From: Chiloscyllium plagiosum
Lineage: Eukaryota
Reading direction: 5' to 3'
Assembly (NCBI RefSeq): GCF_004010195.1
Contig: NW_025215381.1
Location: 1,542,949 to 1,604,124 of the forward strand
Length of the DNA stretch: 61,176 nt
Below the pieces are notes generated by a model that worked only from the letters and a program-made list of their open reading frames with translations, made no database searches and had not been told where the DNA came from. Made by a program: the position numbers and the translations under genes. Positions 24,300 to 38,358 of this stretch are shown here, in pieces (positions within the stretch are counted from its first letter, which is position 1; each line of letters begins with the position of its first letter).

Positions 24300-26030
24300 A
24301 AACGGAAGATGACCATAAGATGTCAGAGCAGAAATGCACCATTATCCTAGTTGATTCTGGTGTACCTTTTGATGAGTTATTGGCTGATTTGACTCCACTT
24401 GCTTGCCTTCCACCCTCCCCACCCCACTCCCCCATAACCTTTGAGTTCCCTACTGATTAAAGATCTGTATATTTCAGCCTTGAATAGGTTTAACAATGCA
24501 GTCTTGTCAGATTTCTGTAAAAATTCACTGCCTTCATAAGAAATTCCTCACCTGTTTTAAATGGGAGACCCCTTCTTTGTGAGATAGTGTCCTCTGGTCC
24601 ATAGGGAAAGTAATCCACATCTGGACTGTCAAGTCTCCTATGGATCTTGCATGTTTCTCAACCTCCCTTCCTAAGAGAGGTCCTCCATATCTGGTATCAA
24701 CCTAGAGACCCTTCTCTGGACTGTCTCCAATGCCAGGACATCTTTGCTTACTTAGATAAAGGCTCCAGAACTTTCCACAGTATTTCAGCTGTGCTCTGAC
24801 AAGTGCCTTTAATAGTTTCAGGAAGAGTTTGCTATTTTTATACTCCGTTTCCTCTAAAGGTAAAGGAAATCTGTTTGCCTTCCCTATTGCTCACTTAAAT
24901 GGGATGCTAGCTTTTTGTGATTTTGGCACAAGAGACTCTTTAAGTCCCTCTGTTACTGCAGTCTTTCTCACTTTAAATAATATTCAGCTCCTCTATTCTC
25001 CAAGTGTATAAGTGCGCATTTCCCCACATTACATTCCTTCTGCCAAATGTTCGCTCACTTGCTTATTAACCTGTCTGGATCCCTCTGCAGACTGAGTCAT
25101 CATCACTTACCTTCCCACTATTTTTGTGTTATCTGCAAGCAAGGCTATAGTGAGTTCACTTTCTGTGTCCACAAGTCATTAACGTATATTCTAAATAACT
25201 GCACTAAACCCTCTGGTACACCACTAGTTACAGGTTGCCATTCTGAAGATGAACCCTTATCCTAACTGTTAGTTAGCCAATCCTCTATTTATGCTAATGT
25301 ACCATCTCCAACACCATAGACTCTTAAGTAGCGTATGGTATACATTACCTGTGAAAATCCAAATATTTTACTTCCCTCCATTACTTCCCTTTTATCTATC
25401 CTACGTTTCGCCTCAAAGAATTCCAGTAAAGCTGTTGGGTGTGATATGCTACTCTGTTTGATTATATTGTTTTGTAATGATCTGCTGTTGCATCCTTTAT
25501 AATAGACGCATAGCATTTCCCCAGTAATAGACATTAGGATTGCTTGCCTATCGTTTCCCTTTTCCCAAAGGCCTTATTGTTGGCACTGTTCCAATCATCT
25601 GTGACTTTCCCAGAATCTAAGGATTCTTGCAAAATTACGAGCACTCCATCCACTATGTCTACGGTGATTTTAAAAAAAAACAATCCGAGGTGGTATCCCA
25701 TCAGGCCCAGGGTCTTGTAGGTATTTAGTTCCATTAGTTTCCCCAGCATGCCTCCTCTTGTGATAGTTATTGTATTTATTTCCTCATGTTTTGCCCTTGA
25801 TTATTAATGTCTTAATGGTGGAGACTGATGGAACTTCTCTGCCATTTCCTGTTTTCCCCATTATTATTTTGTTTTTTTTCTAAGAGGCCTGTGTTCACCT
25901 TGACTTTCCTCTTCCATTTTATACATTTCGAGAAGCTTTTACTGTCCATTTTGGTATTGGTTATCCTCAAAGTTTATCTTCTCTGACTTTATTGGATTTT
26001 TAGACATTTTACTATCAACCTTTTATCTAG
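24300..26030 (-). mobile_element. Old, deleted CR1 LINE
   Basis: Reverse-complement SGVPEG, LLEFFE and DWNSAN motifs. Confidence 0.7.
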
Positions 26031-26374
26031 GCCCGTCACAGATGTCTCCAACACTGGAACCGGTGAGTCACTTGATGTAATGGGGAACCTTCCTCGGCCT
26101 GGTCAATTGACAATAGTGTGCGGGGTCGAACAGGCAATCTCCTCTCGCGTGACCCCTCCACCCACCCCTGATCTGGACTTCCAGGAAACCAGAGCATTTC
26201 CCCCATCCCATTGCTTGAAACAGACACGTTAGAATGACCAGTTGAAAGGTTGATGGTTGAGGGGGAAATAACATCTCCAAGACGGTTCACCTCCCTGTGA
26301 GGAGAATATTAGCAAACCACAAGCTGCCTGCATCATGGAAGAAGCCGACATTACCCAAAATTGCGCGACATTTT

Positions 26375-26790
26375 GGGCGGCGTGGCACAGTAGTGGTTCG
26401 CACTGCTGCCTCACAGCGCCAGAGACCCGGGTTCAATTCCCGCCTCAGGCGACTGTCTGTGTGGAGTTTGCATGTTCTCCCCGTGTCTGCATGGGTGGCG
26501 GCACGGTGGCACAGTGGTTAGCACTGCTGCCTCACAGCGCCGGAGACCCGGGTTCAATTCCCGCCTCAGGCGACTGTCTGTGTGGAGTTTGCATGTTCTC
26601 CCCGTGTCTGCATGGGTTTCCTCCGGGTGCTCCGGTTTCCTCCCACAGTCCAAAGATGTGCAAGTCAGGTGAATTGGCCATGCTAAATTGCCCGTAGTGT
26701 TAGGTTAGGGGTATGGGTGGGTTGCACTTCGGCGGGGCGGTGTGGACTTGTTGGGCTGAAGGGCCTGTTTCTACACTGTAAGTAATCTAC
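26375..26790 (+). mobile_element. HE1-type SINE with duplicated 5' head (about 120 bp)
   Basis: Head plus V-domain start repeated at 26375-26495 and 26496-26615. Confidence 0.9.
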
Positions 26791-26899
26791 CCTTTCCTTA
26801 TGAGCAGCCCGACCCCAGTGACATGGAAGACGTAAGTCTGAATTAGATGGTGGATCTTTCTATACCGTGTGGAAGACATTAAATTGTATTAAACGTTGC

Positions 26900-27765
26900 A
26901 CATCAAAGAGCTCAAAGGTAGTACAGGATAGTGGTGAGGCCTTGTCTAGAATACTGTGTCGCCCAGTTATTGGAAGGTTATTATTAAGCTGGAGAGGGTT
27001 CAGAAGAGATTTACCAGGATGTTGCCGGGTATGGAAGGCTTGAGTTCATAAAATCCCTACAGTGTGGCAGCAGGCAGTTTGTCCCATTGAATCCTCCCTG
27101 ACCCCTCGGAAGAGCATCCCACCCAGACCCATTCCATCTCTGTAACCTTGCATTTCCCATAGTTAACCCACCTAGCCTGCAAATTTCTGGACACTACGGA
27201 CAATTTAGCAAGTCCAATCCAGCTAACCTACACCTGTTTGGATGATGGGAGGGAACTGGAGCACCCAGAGGAAACCCACGCAGACACGTGGAGAATGTGT
27301 AAACTCTGCCTCAGGGTGGAATCGAACCCAACTCCCTGGTCCTATGAGCCAGCAGTGCTAACCCCTGAGCTTCCATGCCACCTGTAAAGAGTTATAAAGA
27401 AAGGTTAGATAGGTTGAGACTTTTTCACTGGAGCGTAGGACGTTGGGAGGTGACAGTATCGAACTTTATAAAATAATGAGGGATATAGATAAGGTTAATG
27501 GGTAGTTGTTTCCCGAGGATGGGAAATTTCGAGACTGGGGGCACATTTTTAAGGTGACTTAGGTTTAAAAGAGATGTTTTTTTAACACGGTTCATGTTTG
27601 GAATGAACTTCCTGAGGAGAAGTGATGGGTGTGGGCACAATTACAATACTTAAAAGACATTTGGATAAGTACATGAATAGGAAAGGTGTAACTAGTTTAG
27701 TTTGGGGTTATGTTTGGCAAGGACTAGTTGGACCAAAGGGTCTGTTTCTGTGCTGTGTGACTCTT
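26900..27765 (+). mobile_element. CR1 3' fragment interrupted by a - strand HE1 SINE (27050-27382)
   Basis: KLERVQKRFTRMLPGM; resumes after the SINE at gagttataaag. Confidence 0.8.
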
Positions 27766-28299
27766 TTAAACTAGCCTGATAATTTACATAGATCTTTCAC
27801 TTCCAAAGTGGAAAATCTCAACACCAGGTTGTAATCCAATAGGTTTATTGGGAAGCACTAGATTCCAAGTAAACCTATTGGATTATAACTTGGTGTGTGT
27901 GATTTTTGACTTTCTCCATCCCAGTCCAACACCAGCTCCTCCACCTCATGGCTCCTCCTTGCAGTCAGCTGTGGCTTTATTTCACCTGTTGTGCCTCATA
28001 TTGTCTGCAGACCTCACTTTCTCCTCGAAGATTTCAACCTACTGCGAATCCTCTTACAAGGATGCCTTCCTTGAAGAAGCTCTCTGCCCTGCTGAACACT
28101 CTCTGCTCATTCCTGAGGAAGGGCATGTGCCCGAAATGTCGAATCTCCTTTTCCCTAGATGCTGTCTGACCTGCTGTGCTGTTCCAGCAATAAAGTTTCA
28201 GCTGCCTCATATTGTGAATTGCAGCGAAAGAGGAGCAACATCTCATCAAACTTGGCAGTTTACAACCTACTTGGCTCAGTATTGGTTCAACACCTCCAA

Positions 28300-28580
28300 A
28301 TTGAGAACATAGAACATAGAAAAATACAGCGCAGTACAGGCCCTTTGGCCCTCGATGTTGCGCCGATCCAAGCCCACCTAACCTACACTAGCCCACTATC
28401 CTCCATATGCCTATCCAATGCCTGTTTAAATGCCCATAAAGAGGGAGAGTCCACCACTGCTACTGGCAGGGCATTCCATGAACTCATGACTCGCTGAGTA
28501 AAGAATCTACCCCTAACATCTGTCCTATACCTACCTCCCCTTAATTTAAAGCTATGCCCCCTCGTAATAGCTGACTCCAT
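28300..28580 (-). mobile_element. CR1 LINE 3' end
   Basis: RGRFFTQRVMSSWNALP; (agaacat)n tail. Confidence 0.85.
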
Positions 28581-28914
28581 TCCTTCATTTCTTTTAGCCT
28601 TGTTAGTTACTCAACCTCTTGCCCCTTCCAGTGGCACTGTCCGTTCCTCCCAGTCTGGCAGTTAGACACCCCATAATTCAGCTATTCTCCATTTCCATCA
28701 CTTAATCTGAACTATCAACATCCTTTCTTCCCCTGCACCCCAACCCACCCCCCCCCCACCCCCACCATTGCAGTAATGCCACTTCCATTCAGCTCCGAGT
28801 TATCCAGACTCAGTGTTAGCTTGCCCTCTCTCCCTGAACGCTGCCTAACCTGCTGTGATCTTCAGTACTTTTTGTTTTCAGTTTTAAATTCCAGCATTTG
28901 AGTAATTTACTCTT

Positions 28915-30660
28915 ACAATGCCCAATGCTGCCTTGACCATGTCAGCTGTGTTGCCATTTTCAGGGACTTGTGGACCTGCATGCTTCCGTATCTTGATGCT
29001 ACTAAGGGCTCTGCCATTTAAGTATACTCTCTTCCTGCATTAGACCTCCCAAAATGCATCACCTTGCATTTGTCAGATTAAACTCCACCTGCCATCTTCT
29101 TTGCCAGGGTCTGCAGCCTGTCTATATCCTGTTGTATCCTCTGGTAATCCTCCCTCACTATCCATAGCTTCCCCAATCTTTGTGTCACCCACAAACATGC
29201 TAATCAGATCACCTGTATTCTCCAAATCCTTTATATTTGTAATAATTACAAATCAGAGCAGTACTAGCACTGATCCCTGTGGAATATCATTGGTCACAGG
29301 GCTCCAATCTGAATGACATCCATTGTTACTCTGTCTTCTACGAACAGGGGAGCTCTTACCAGCTCACTGTGGATTCCCACGAAACTTCACTTCTTGTGTC
29401 AGCTTGCAATGAGAGACCTTGTCAAAGGCACTGCTCAAGTCCATGTAGACAACATCTACCATCCTCCCCTCATCGGTTATCTTTGTCATTTATAGAACAT
29501 TCCAGTGCACTACAGGCCCTTCGGCCCTTGATGTGCCAACCTGTGGAACCAATCTGAAGCTGATCTAACCTACACTATTCCATTCTAGTCCTATGACCAT
29601 TTAAATGCCCCTAAATTTGGCAAGTCTATTTCTGTTGCAGGCAAAGCCCACAACCCTACTACTCTGAGTAAAGCAACTACCTCTGACATCTGTCCTATAT
29701 CTATCACCCTGCAATTTAAAGCTATGTCCCCTTGTGTTAGCCATCACCAACCAGGGAAAAAGGCTCTCACTGTCCACCCTATCTAACCCTCTGATTATCT
29801 GTCTCAATTAAATCACCTCTCAATCTTCTTCTCTCTCACAAAAACAGCCTCAAGTCCCTCAGCCTTTCCTTGTAAAACCTTCCCTCCATATATGACAACA
29901 TCCTAATAAATGACCTCTGAACCCTTTCCAAAGCTTCCACATCCTTCCTATAATGTGATGACCAGAACTGTACACAATACTCGAGGTACGGCCGCACCAG
30001 AGTTTTGTACAGCTGCAGCATGACCTTGTGGTTCCGAAACACAAACCCTCTGCCAATAAAAGCTAACACACCGTATGCCGCCTTAACAACTCAACCTGGG
30101 TGGCAACTTTCAGGGATCTATGTACCTGGACACCAAGATCTCTCTGCTCATCTGCACTATCAAGAATCTTACCATTAGTCCAGGACTCTGCATTTCTGTT
30201 ACTCCTTCCAAAGTGAATAACCTCTGTTTTCTGCATTAAATTGCATTTGCCACCTCTCAGCCCAGCTCTGCAGCTTATCTATGGCCCTCTGTAACCTACA
30301 ATGTTCCTCAAAAAGCACAATGACGTTTGTGAGACACAACCTTCCCCCACACAAAGCCATGCTGCTTATCACTAATGCTTCCATATCTTTCCACATGTGA
30401 CTAAATCCTATCCCCGAGAATCTTCTCCATTTAATATCCCTACCAATGATGGAAAGCTCACTGGCTTGTCATTTGCCAGATTGCACTTAAACAAAGGAAC
30501 ATCCGAGACAATGTTGGCTCATCTCCAGTCCACTAGATTACACCTGTATCTGAAGAGGGTATAAAGATTTCCTACAAGGTCCCGGCAATATCCTCACCTG
30601 CCTCCCTCAGCGTTCTGGGATGGTTTAGATCAAATCCTTGGATATCTTAATATTTTTCAA
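28915..30660 (-). mobile_element. Old CR1 LINE with a younger CR1 3' fragment nested at about 29490-30300
   Basis: [27 protein letters not shown] resumes after the insert. Confidence 0.8.
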
Positions 30661-31067
30661 ACAACTTGAACCTCTTTTTTTTCATTTTGACATTCCCCAG
30701 AATATCGGAATTAGAATTAGAATAGCCTTTATTGTCACACATACTTAATGAGTGTAGTGAAAAGTATATGAAACCAATTACAGCAGCCTGTACCCAGGCA
30801 CAGCTTCTTATAGGCAATAGCGAAATGTCCAGCTTCACGGAAGTAAAAGTTCTGGCACCTAGCTTCCTGTCCACACTGGGCCCTGGCTCTAGGTGACACC
30901 CACGCTGGGAGACCACTCTGGGAGGTCACCATGCCATGCAATGCCAGGAGGCTACTGTGGGAAGCTACGCCGGGAGACTGCTGTGGTAGGTCACCATGCC
31001 AGGAGACTGCTGCGCCAGAGGTCAAGTCTGGGACTGTTGCTCGCTGGAAACTGGGAGTTATCAGGCA

Positions 31068-32860
31068 TCTTCTCTGTGTAGCGCTTACTGTTGGTGTGAC
31101 CAGCTCATGAAAGGTGCTACCCATATCATTCGCAGCCTCGCAGGAGCTCCATAGTGAGTTTGGCCGGAGCTCTGGGCGCTCCGTGATGCAAATCAGGAGC
31201 TGCAGCTGAATCCATTTCTTGCGTACGTGTTAGAAGTATCTCTGGTTTCCCACGTAATGCGTGAGTTGCAGGGCGGCCAAGTTCTCCTGCCATTTTGAAC
31301 TTTATCAGCCTACAGACAATAATCCAGGAACCGATTATACCACCCAACCCACTCGTCATCTCATCTCATCTCCCTCACTCCTGCTCTCTATACCTAACAG
31401 GCCACAATTACCGTGAGGAAGTGTTTCTGTTGCAAAACTATACTTTATTCACAATAAGATCTTGCATTTGCACTGACTGGTGCTAAAGCAGTTCTGTACA
31501 GTCTTTATACACCAAATAAAGCAAATAATAGAAATTTGACATTCCCTGCAGCTGCATAAACCAAAGGCACTTCTTATGCAGGCAGAGAGAGNNNNNNNNN
31601 NNNNNNNNNNNNNNNNNNNNNNNNNNNCCTTAGGTCCCTTTTATATCTTTCCCCTCTCACCCTAAACCTATGCCCTCTAGTTCAGGAATCCCCCACCCGA
31701 GGAAAAAGACTTTGTCTATTTATCCTATCCATGCCCCTCATGATTTTATAAACCTCTGTAAGGTCACCCCTCAGCCTCCAACACTCCAGGGAAAATAGCC
31801 CCAGCCTATTCAGCCTCTTCTTGTAGCTCAAACCCTCCAACCTTGTCAAACATCCTTGTGAATATTTTCTGAACCTTTTCAAGTTTTACAACATCCTTCT
31901 AATAGGAGGGAGACCAGAATTGCACGCAATATTCCAAATGTGGCCTAACCAATGTCCTGTGCAGCCGCAGAATGATCTCCCTAACTGTCCACAATCACTA
32001 GTGCTCGCCTACACTTCAACACTTTTTCCTGTACGATAGTGACTTCTGTGGTGCCATTGATCTGGCTTTTAGAACATGGAATTGTACAGGCCCTTCGGCC
32101 CTCAATGTTGTGCTGACCTTTTATCCTCGTCTAAGATCAAACTAACCTACATACCCTTCATTTTACTATCATCCACATGCCTATCCAAAAGTCGTTTAAA
32201 TATCCTTTTTGCTGCTGCTTTCACCAGCGAGGCCACCCCTGGCAGCAACATCCAAAGCGGTTTACCCTGTTTGGCACAGCCGACTCCTACAGTGCCTGCT
32301 TATGCTTACTCCTCCCCTTCCTGGTGGTCACCCAAGTCTTCTCTGTGTAGCGCTTACTGTTGGTGTGACCAGCTCATGAAAGATGCTACCCATATCATTC
32401 GCAGCCTCGCAGGAGCTCCATAGTGAGTTTGGCCGGAGCTCTGGGCGCTCCGTGATGCAAATCAGGAGCTGCAGCTGAATCCATTTCTTGCGTACGTGTT
32501 AGAAGTATCTCTGGTTTCCCACGTAATGCGTGAGTTGCAGGGCGGCCAAGTTCTCCTGCCATTTTGAACTTTATCAGCCTACAGACAATAATCCAGGAAC
32601 CGATTATACCACCCAACCCACTCGTCATCTCATCTCATCTCCCTCACTCCTGCTCTCTATACCTAACAGGCCACAATTACCGTGAGGAAGTGTTTCTGTT
32701 GCAAAACTATACTTTATTCACAATAAGATCTTGCATTTGCACTGACTGGTGCTAAAGCAGTTCTGTACAGTCTTTATACACCAAATAAAGCAAATAATAG
32801 AAATTTGACATTCCCTGCAGCTGCATAAACCAAAGGCACTTCTTATGCAGGCAGAGAGAG
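31068..32860 (+). repeat. Direct duplication of about 524 bp (31068-31591 and 32337-32860) around gap 31592-31627
   Basis: Identical ORFs offset by 1269 bp; one visible substitution (aaggtgct vs aagatgct). Confidence 0.9.
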
Positions 32861-34020
32861 GGTCTGACCCTTGTAATACTTTGGAAAGACTGTAGTTTTT
32901 CCCCCACTGCAAATCCAAGCTTTATTGCATCCCTCAGCATGAAGTCCTGGACCTTAGAATGTGCCAGTCTATAACACTCATAGAATCCCTACAATGGAAG
33001 AAGGCCATTTGGCCCCTTGCCTGTACTGCCCCTCCAAAGAGCATCATACCCATCCCATCCTGAATTTCCCATGTCGAACCTACCTAGCCTGGAGAACTAT
33101 GGGGCAATTTGGTATGGCCAATCTTTGGACTGTTAGAGGAAACTGGAGCATGGAGACACGGGGAGAATGTGCAAACTCAACGTAGACAGTCGCCTGAGAG
33201 TGGAATCGAACCTGGATCCATAGCGCTGAGAGTCAGCAGTGCTAACCGCTGTGCAGCAATACTCGGTTTATCTCCACGTTTTCGAAAGAGTTTTTGTAAG
33301 ATCACATAACCTCTTTGTCCGAGTCCAGATGCAGTCGACGTTGATCTCTGTTCACGTCCCAGGGAGCAGACTGTAGGGTACAGAGTACTGCAACACGGAG
33401 CTGCTTTTGCGATGCATCAACAAAACTACCGCATCTCTCTCGCTTTACAAAGGCACACATTCTTGCAGGAGATGTGTGACAGTCTCTACTTCACCCCCAC
33501 GGCCTCTTTGAGGGCAGCGTGTGGTGACACAGCAAGTCCAGACATACGTGAGGAACCTAACTGGCAGTGCCCTTCTCACCAGTAGCCAAGCGATGTCGTC
33601 GTGTTTGCGGGAAAGCTATGGTGATGACAATCTACTCAGGGTACCATGTGACAGGGTCCACCTTTCCTGTTTCTGGAAGGGCGACATGCTGACCACTTCC
33701 TGATGGACTTGTGGTCAAAGGTGTCTTCTTTCACAAATCTTTCCACAAGGGACAGGTGATACGGAATGGCCAACTACTTGGGAGTATTGCGTGGCAATGA
33801 GACCAGTCCCATCCTTCGTAACAATGGAGATCATTAGAACCTCAGTACGTAGTGACATTTGGTGTTTGTGTACTGAGGGTCTACGCACAACTCAATGCAG
33901 TCGTGCACAAAGGATAATCGCCCCTTTCAGGCTAGCAACCTTTCTGATGGACTCGGGTGAAAGACTCCACACAACACACAAACAAGGCTGACTTCAGATC
34001 TGCTTGTACCCCACTACTAT
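32700..34020 (-). mobile_element. Deleted Tx1 (L1-clade) LINE remnant with HE1 SINE insert (32980-33255)
   Basis: DIAWLLVRRALPVR...RCP...ETVTHLLQEC zinc-finger region and RLAHSKVQDFMLRDAIKLG C-terminus. Confidence 0.75.
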
Positions 34021-34789
34021 TCTCTGGCGACATTTTCCACTGGCCCAATGTCCACTTTTGCCCCTTATATATCTAAAGAAACTCTTAGTGTCTTCTTTTA
34101 TATTACTGGCTAGCTACCCTCAATTTTCATCTTCTCCCTCCTTATATCTTGTTTTGTTGGTCTTAGAACATTCTAGCACAGTAAAGGACATTCGACCCTC
34201 AATGTTACGCCACCCTGTGAAACCAATCTTAAGCCCATCTAACCTACACTATTCCATTCTTGTCCATATGCCAATCCAAAGTCCATTTAAATGCCCTTAA
34301 AGTTGGTGAATCTACTACTGTTGCAGGCAGTGTTTTCCACAACCCTGCTACTCTCTGAGTAAAGAAACTACCTCTGACATCTGTCCTATATCTATCACCC
34401 CTCAATTTAAAGCTATGTCCCCTCGTGCTAGTCATCACCATCCAAGGAAAAAGGCTCTCACTGTCCACTGAATGAATGTTTTTTCCTAGCCATATTGAAC
34501 ATCAAAGACAAGGCTCTCACTGTCCACCCTATCTAACCCTCTGATTATCTTATATGTCTCAATTAAGTCACCTCTCAACCTTCTTCTCTCTAACGGAAAC
34601 AGCCTCAAGTCCCTCGACCTTTCCTCAGAAGACCTTCCCTCCATACCAGGCAACATCCTGGTAAATCTCCTCTGAACCCTTTCCAAAGCTTCCACATTCT
34701 TTCTATAAAGCGGTGACCAGAACTGTACACAATACTCCAAGTGCGGCCGAGCCAGAGTTTTGTACAGCTGCAGCATAACCTCATGGTTG

Positions 34790-35603
34790 TCGGCTGCAAA
34801 GGGACTTAGATATGATGCAGAGCTGGGCTGAGGAGTGGCAGATGGAGTTCAACCCTGTCAAGTCTGAGGTTGTCCATTTTGGAAGGACAAATAAGAATGC
34901 GGAATACTGGGTTAACGGTAGTGTTTATAGTAAGTTGGAGGAGCAGAGGGATCTTGGGGTCTATGTTCATAGATTTTTGAAAGTTGCCATTCAGGTGGAT
35001 AGAGCTTGTAAGAAGGCCTATGGTGTATTAGTGTTCATTATCAGAGGGCTTGAATTCAAGAGTCGTGAAGTGATGTTGCAGCTGTACAGGACCTTGGTTA
35101 GGCCACATTTGGAGTACTGTGTGCAGTTCTGGTCGCCTCACTTTAGGAAAGATGTGGAAGCTTTGGAGAGGGTGCAGAGGAGATTTACCAGGATGTTGCC
35201 TGGAATGGAGAATAGGTCGTACGAGGATAGGTTGAGAGTGCTAGGCCTTTTCTCATTGGAACGGCGAAGGATGAGGGGTGACTTGATAGAGGTTTATAAG
35301 ATGATCAGAGGAATAGATGGAGTAGACAGTCAGAGACTTTTTCCCTGGGTACAACAGAGTGTTACAAGGGGACATAAATTTAAGGTGAAGGGTGGAAGGT
35401 ATAGGGGAGATGTCAGGGCTAGGTTCTTTACCCAGAGAGTGGTGGGGGCATGGAATGCGCTGCCTGTGGGAGTGGCAGAGTCGGAATCATTGGTGACCTT
35501 TAAGTGGCAATTGGATAGGTACATGGATGGACATGTAGGACAAATGTTCGGCACAACATCGTGGGCCGAAGGGCCTGTTCTGTGCTGTATTGTTCTATGT
35601 TCT
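34790..35603 (+). mobile_element. Young CR1 3' fragment nested antisense in the host LINE
   Basis: Uninterrupted frame WAEEWQMEFNP...FFTQRVVGAWNALP; gttctat tail. Confidence 0.9.
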
Positions 35604-35869
35604 AACTCAATCCCTCTACCAGCGAATATACCGTATGCCTTCTTAACAATCCTATCCACCTGGGTGGCAACTTTCAGGCATCTATGTACACGGACACCGA
35701 GATCGCTCTGCTTATCTACACCACCAAGAATCTTACCATTTGCCCAGTACTCTGCATTCCTGTTGCTCCTTCCAAAGTGAATCACCTCACACTTTTCTAC
35801 ATTAAACTCCATTTGCCACCTCTCAGCCCAGCTCTGCAGCTTATCTATGTTTCTCTGTAACCTACAATT

Positions 35870-36190
35870 TGTGGGTGGCACGGTGGCACAGTGGTTAGCA
35901 CTGCTGCCTCGCAGCGCCAGAGACCCGGGTTCAATTCCCGCCTCAGGCGACTGACTGTATGGAGTTTGCACGTTCTCCCCGTGTCTGCGTGGGTTTCCTC
36001 CGGGGGCTCCGGTTTCCTCCCACAGTCCAAAGATGTGCAAGTCAGGTGAATTGGCCATGCTAAATTGCCCGTAGTGTTAGGTAAAGGGGTAAATGTAGGG
36101 GTATGGGTGGGTTACGCTTCGGCGGGTCGGTGTGGACTTGTTGGGCCGAAGGGCCTGTTTCCACACTGTAAGTAATCTAAACTAATCTAA
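35870..36190 (+). mobile_element. Young HE1-type SINE nested in the LINE
   Basis: Consensus-like copy; ctacaa on both flanks. Confidence 0.92.
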
Positions 36191-38079
36191 TCTACAACAT
36201 CCTTCAGCACTACCCACAACTCCACCGACCTTAGTGTCGTCCACAAATTTACTAACCCATCCTTCTACGTCCTCGTCAGGTCATTCTTACAAATGACAAA
36301 CAGCAGTGGCCCCAAAACAGATCCTTGCAGTACACCACTAGTAACTGAACTCCAGGATGAACATTTCCCATCAACCACCACCCTCTGTCTTCTTTCAGCT
36401 AGCCAATTTCTGATCTAAACCGCTAAATCACCCTCAATCCCACATCTCCGTATTTTGTGCTATAGCCTACCATGAGGAACTTTATCAAACGCCTCACTGA
36501 AGTCCATATACACCACATCAACCACTTTACCTTCCGCCTGTTTGGTCACCTTCTCACAGAACTCAATAAGATTTGTGAGGCACAGCCTACCCTTCACAAA
36601 ACCGTGTTGACTATTCCTAATTAACTTATTCCTCTCCAGATGATTATAAATCCTATCTCTTATAACCCTTTCCAACATGTTACCCACAACTGAAGTAAGG
36701 CTGACTGGTCTGTAATTTCCAGGGTTGTCTCTACTCGCCTTCTTGAATTAGGAGACATTTGCTATCCTCCAGTCTTCTGGCACTATTCCTGTAGACAATG
36801 ATGGCATAAAGATCAAAGCCAAAGGCTCTGCAATCACCTCCCTAGCTTCCCAGAGAATCTTCAGAAATGTGCCATCCTGCCAAGGGGAGTTATCTATTTT
36901 TACTCTTTCCAGAATTTCTACCACCTCATCCTTGTGAACCTCAACCCCTTCTAGACTAGTAGCCTGTTTCTCACTATTCTCCTCAACAACATTGTCTTTT
37001 TCCAGTGGCAATACTGACAAAAGATATTCATTTAGCGCTTCCCCCATCTCCTCTGTCTCCTTGCACAACTTCCCACTACTGTCCTTGATTGGCCCTAATC
37101 TTACTCTGGTCATTCTTTTATCCCTTATATACCTTTGAAAAACTTTAGGGTTTTCCTTGATCCTATCTACCAACAACTTTTCATGTCCCCTCCTTTCTTG
37201 TCTTAGCTCTCTCTTTAGGTCTTTCCTAGCTAACGTGTAAATCTCAAGCCTTCACATCTCATCCTAACATCAGCCTCCTTCTTCCTCTTGACAAGACATT
37301 CAACTTCTTTAGTGAACCATGGCTCCCTCACTCGACCACTTCCTCCCTGCCTGACAGGTGCATACTTATCAAGGACAGGCAGTAGCTGTTCCTTGAATAA
37401 GCTCCACATTTCAATTGTGCCCATCCCCTGCAGTTTCCTTCCCCATCCTGTGCATCCTAAATTTTGCCTAATTGCAGCAGAATTACCTTTCCCCCAGCAA
37501 TAACTCTTGCCCTGCAGTATATACTTATCCCTTTCCATCGCTAAAGTAAACATAACTGAATTGTGGTCACTATTGCCAAAGTGCTCACCTACCTCCAAAT
37601 CTAACACCTGGCTGGGCTTATTCCCCAGTGCCAAATCCAATATGGCATCACCCCTTGTTGCCCTGTCTACATACTGTGTCAGAAAACCCTCCTGCCCGCA
37701 ATGGACAAATACTGACCCATCTAAATTACTTGAACTATAGTATTCCCAGTCAATATTTGGAAAGTTAAAACCCTCATAACAACTATCCTGTTACTCTCGC
37801 TCCTATCCAGAATTATCTTTGCTATCCTTTCCTCTATATCTCTGGAACTGTTCGGAGGCCTATAGAAAACTCCCAACAGGGTAACCTCTCCTTTCCTGTT
37901 TCTAACCTCAGCCCATACTACCTCAGTAGAGAAGTCCTCAAATGTCTTTTCTGTCACCGTAATATTGCCCTTGACTAATAATGCCACTCCTCCCCGTCTT
38001 TTACCACCTTCCCTGTTCTTACTGAAGCATCTAAATCCTGGAACCTGTAACAACCATTCCTGCCCCTGCTCTACCCACG

Positions 38080-38358
38080 TCATAGAGTCATAGAGATGTA
38101 CAGCACGGAAACAGCCCCTTCGGTCCAACCCGTCCATGCCGACCAGATATCCCAACCCAATCTAGTCCCACCTGCCAGCACCCGGCCCATATCCCTCCAA
38201 ACCCTTCCTATTCATATACCCATCCGGATGCCTTTTAAATGTTGTAATTGTACCAGCCTCCACCACTTCCTCTGGCAGCTCATTCCGTACACGTACCACC
38301 CTCTGTGTGAAAATGTTGCCCCTTAGGTCTCTTTTCTATCTTTCCCCTCTCACCCTAA
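38080..38358 (-). mobile_element. CR1 3' tail nested in the LINE endonuclease region
   Basis: (catagagt) tail and 3'UTR shared with 17100-17297. Confidence 0.85.

Noticed and set aside
34812..35780. 322-aa ORF as a host gene or active RT
   Set aside because: 5'-truncated CR1 3' end reading into the antisense host LINE; lacks the catalytic RT core
35870..35950. tRNA genes at SINE heads
   Set aside because: A/B-box-like heads continue into the SINE body and tail; no acceptor stem or cloverleaf
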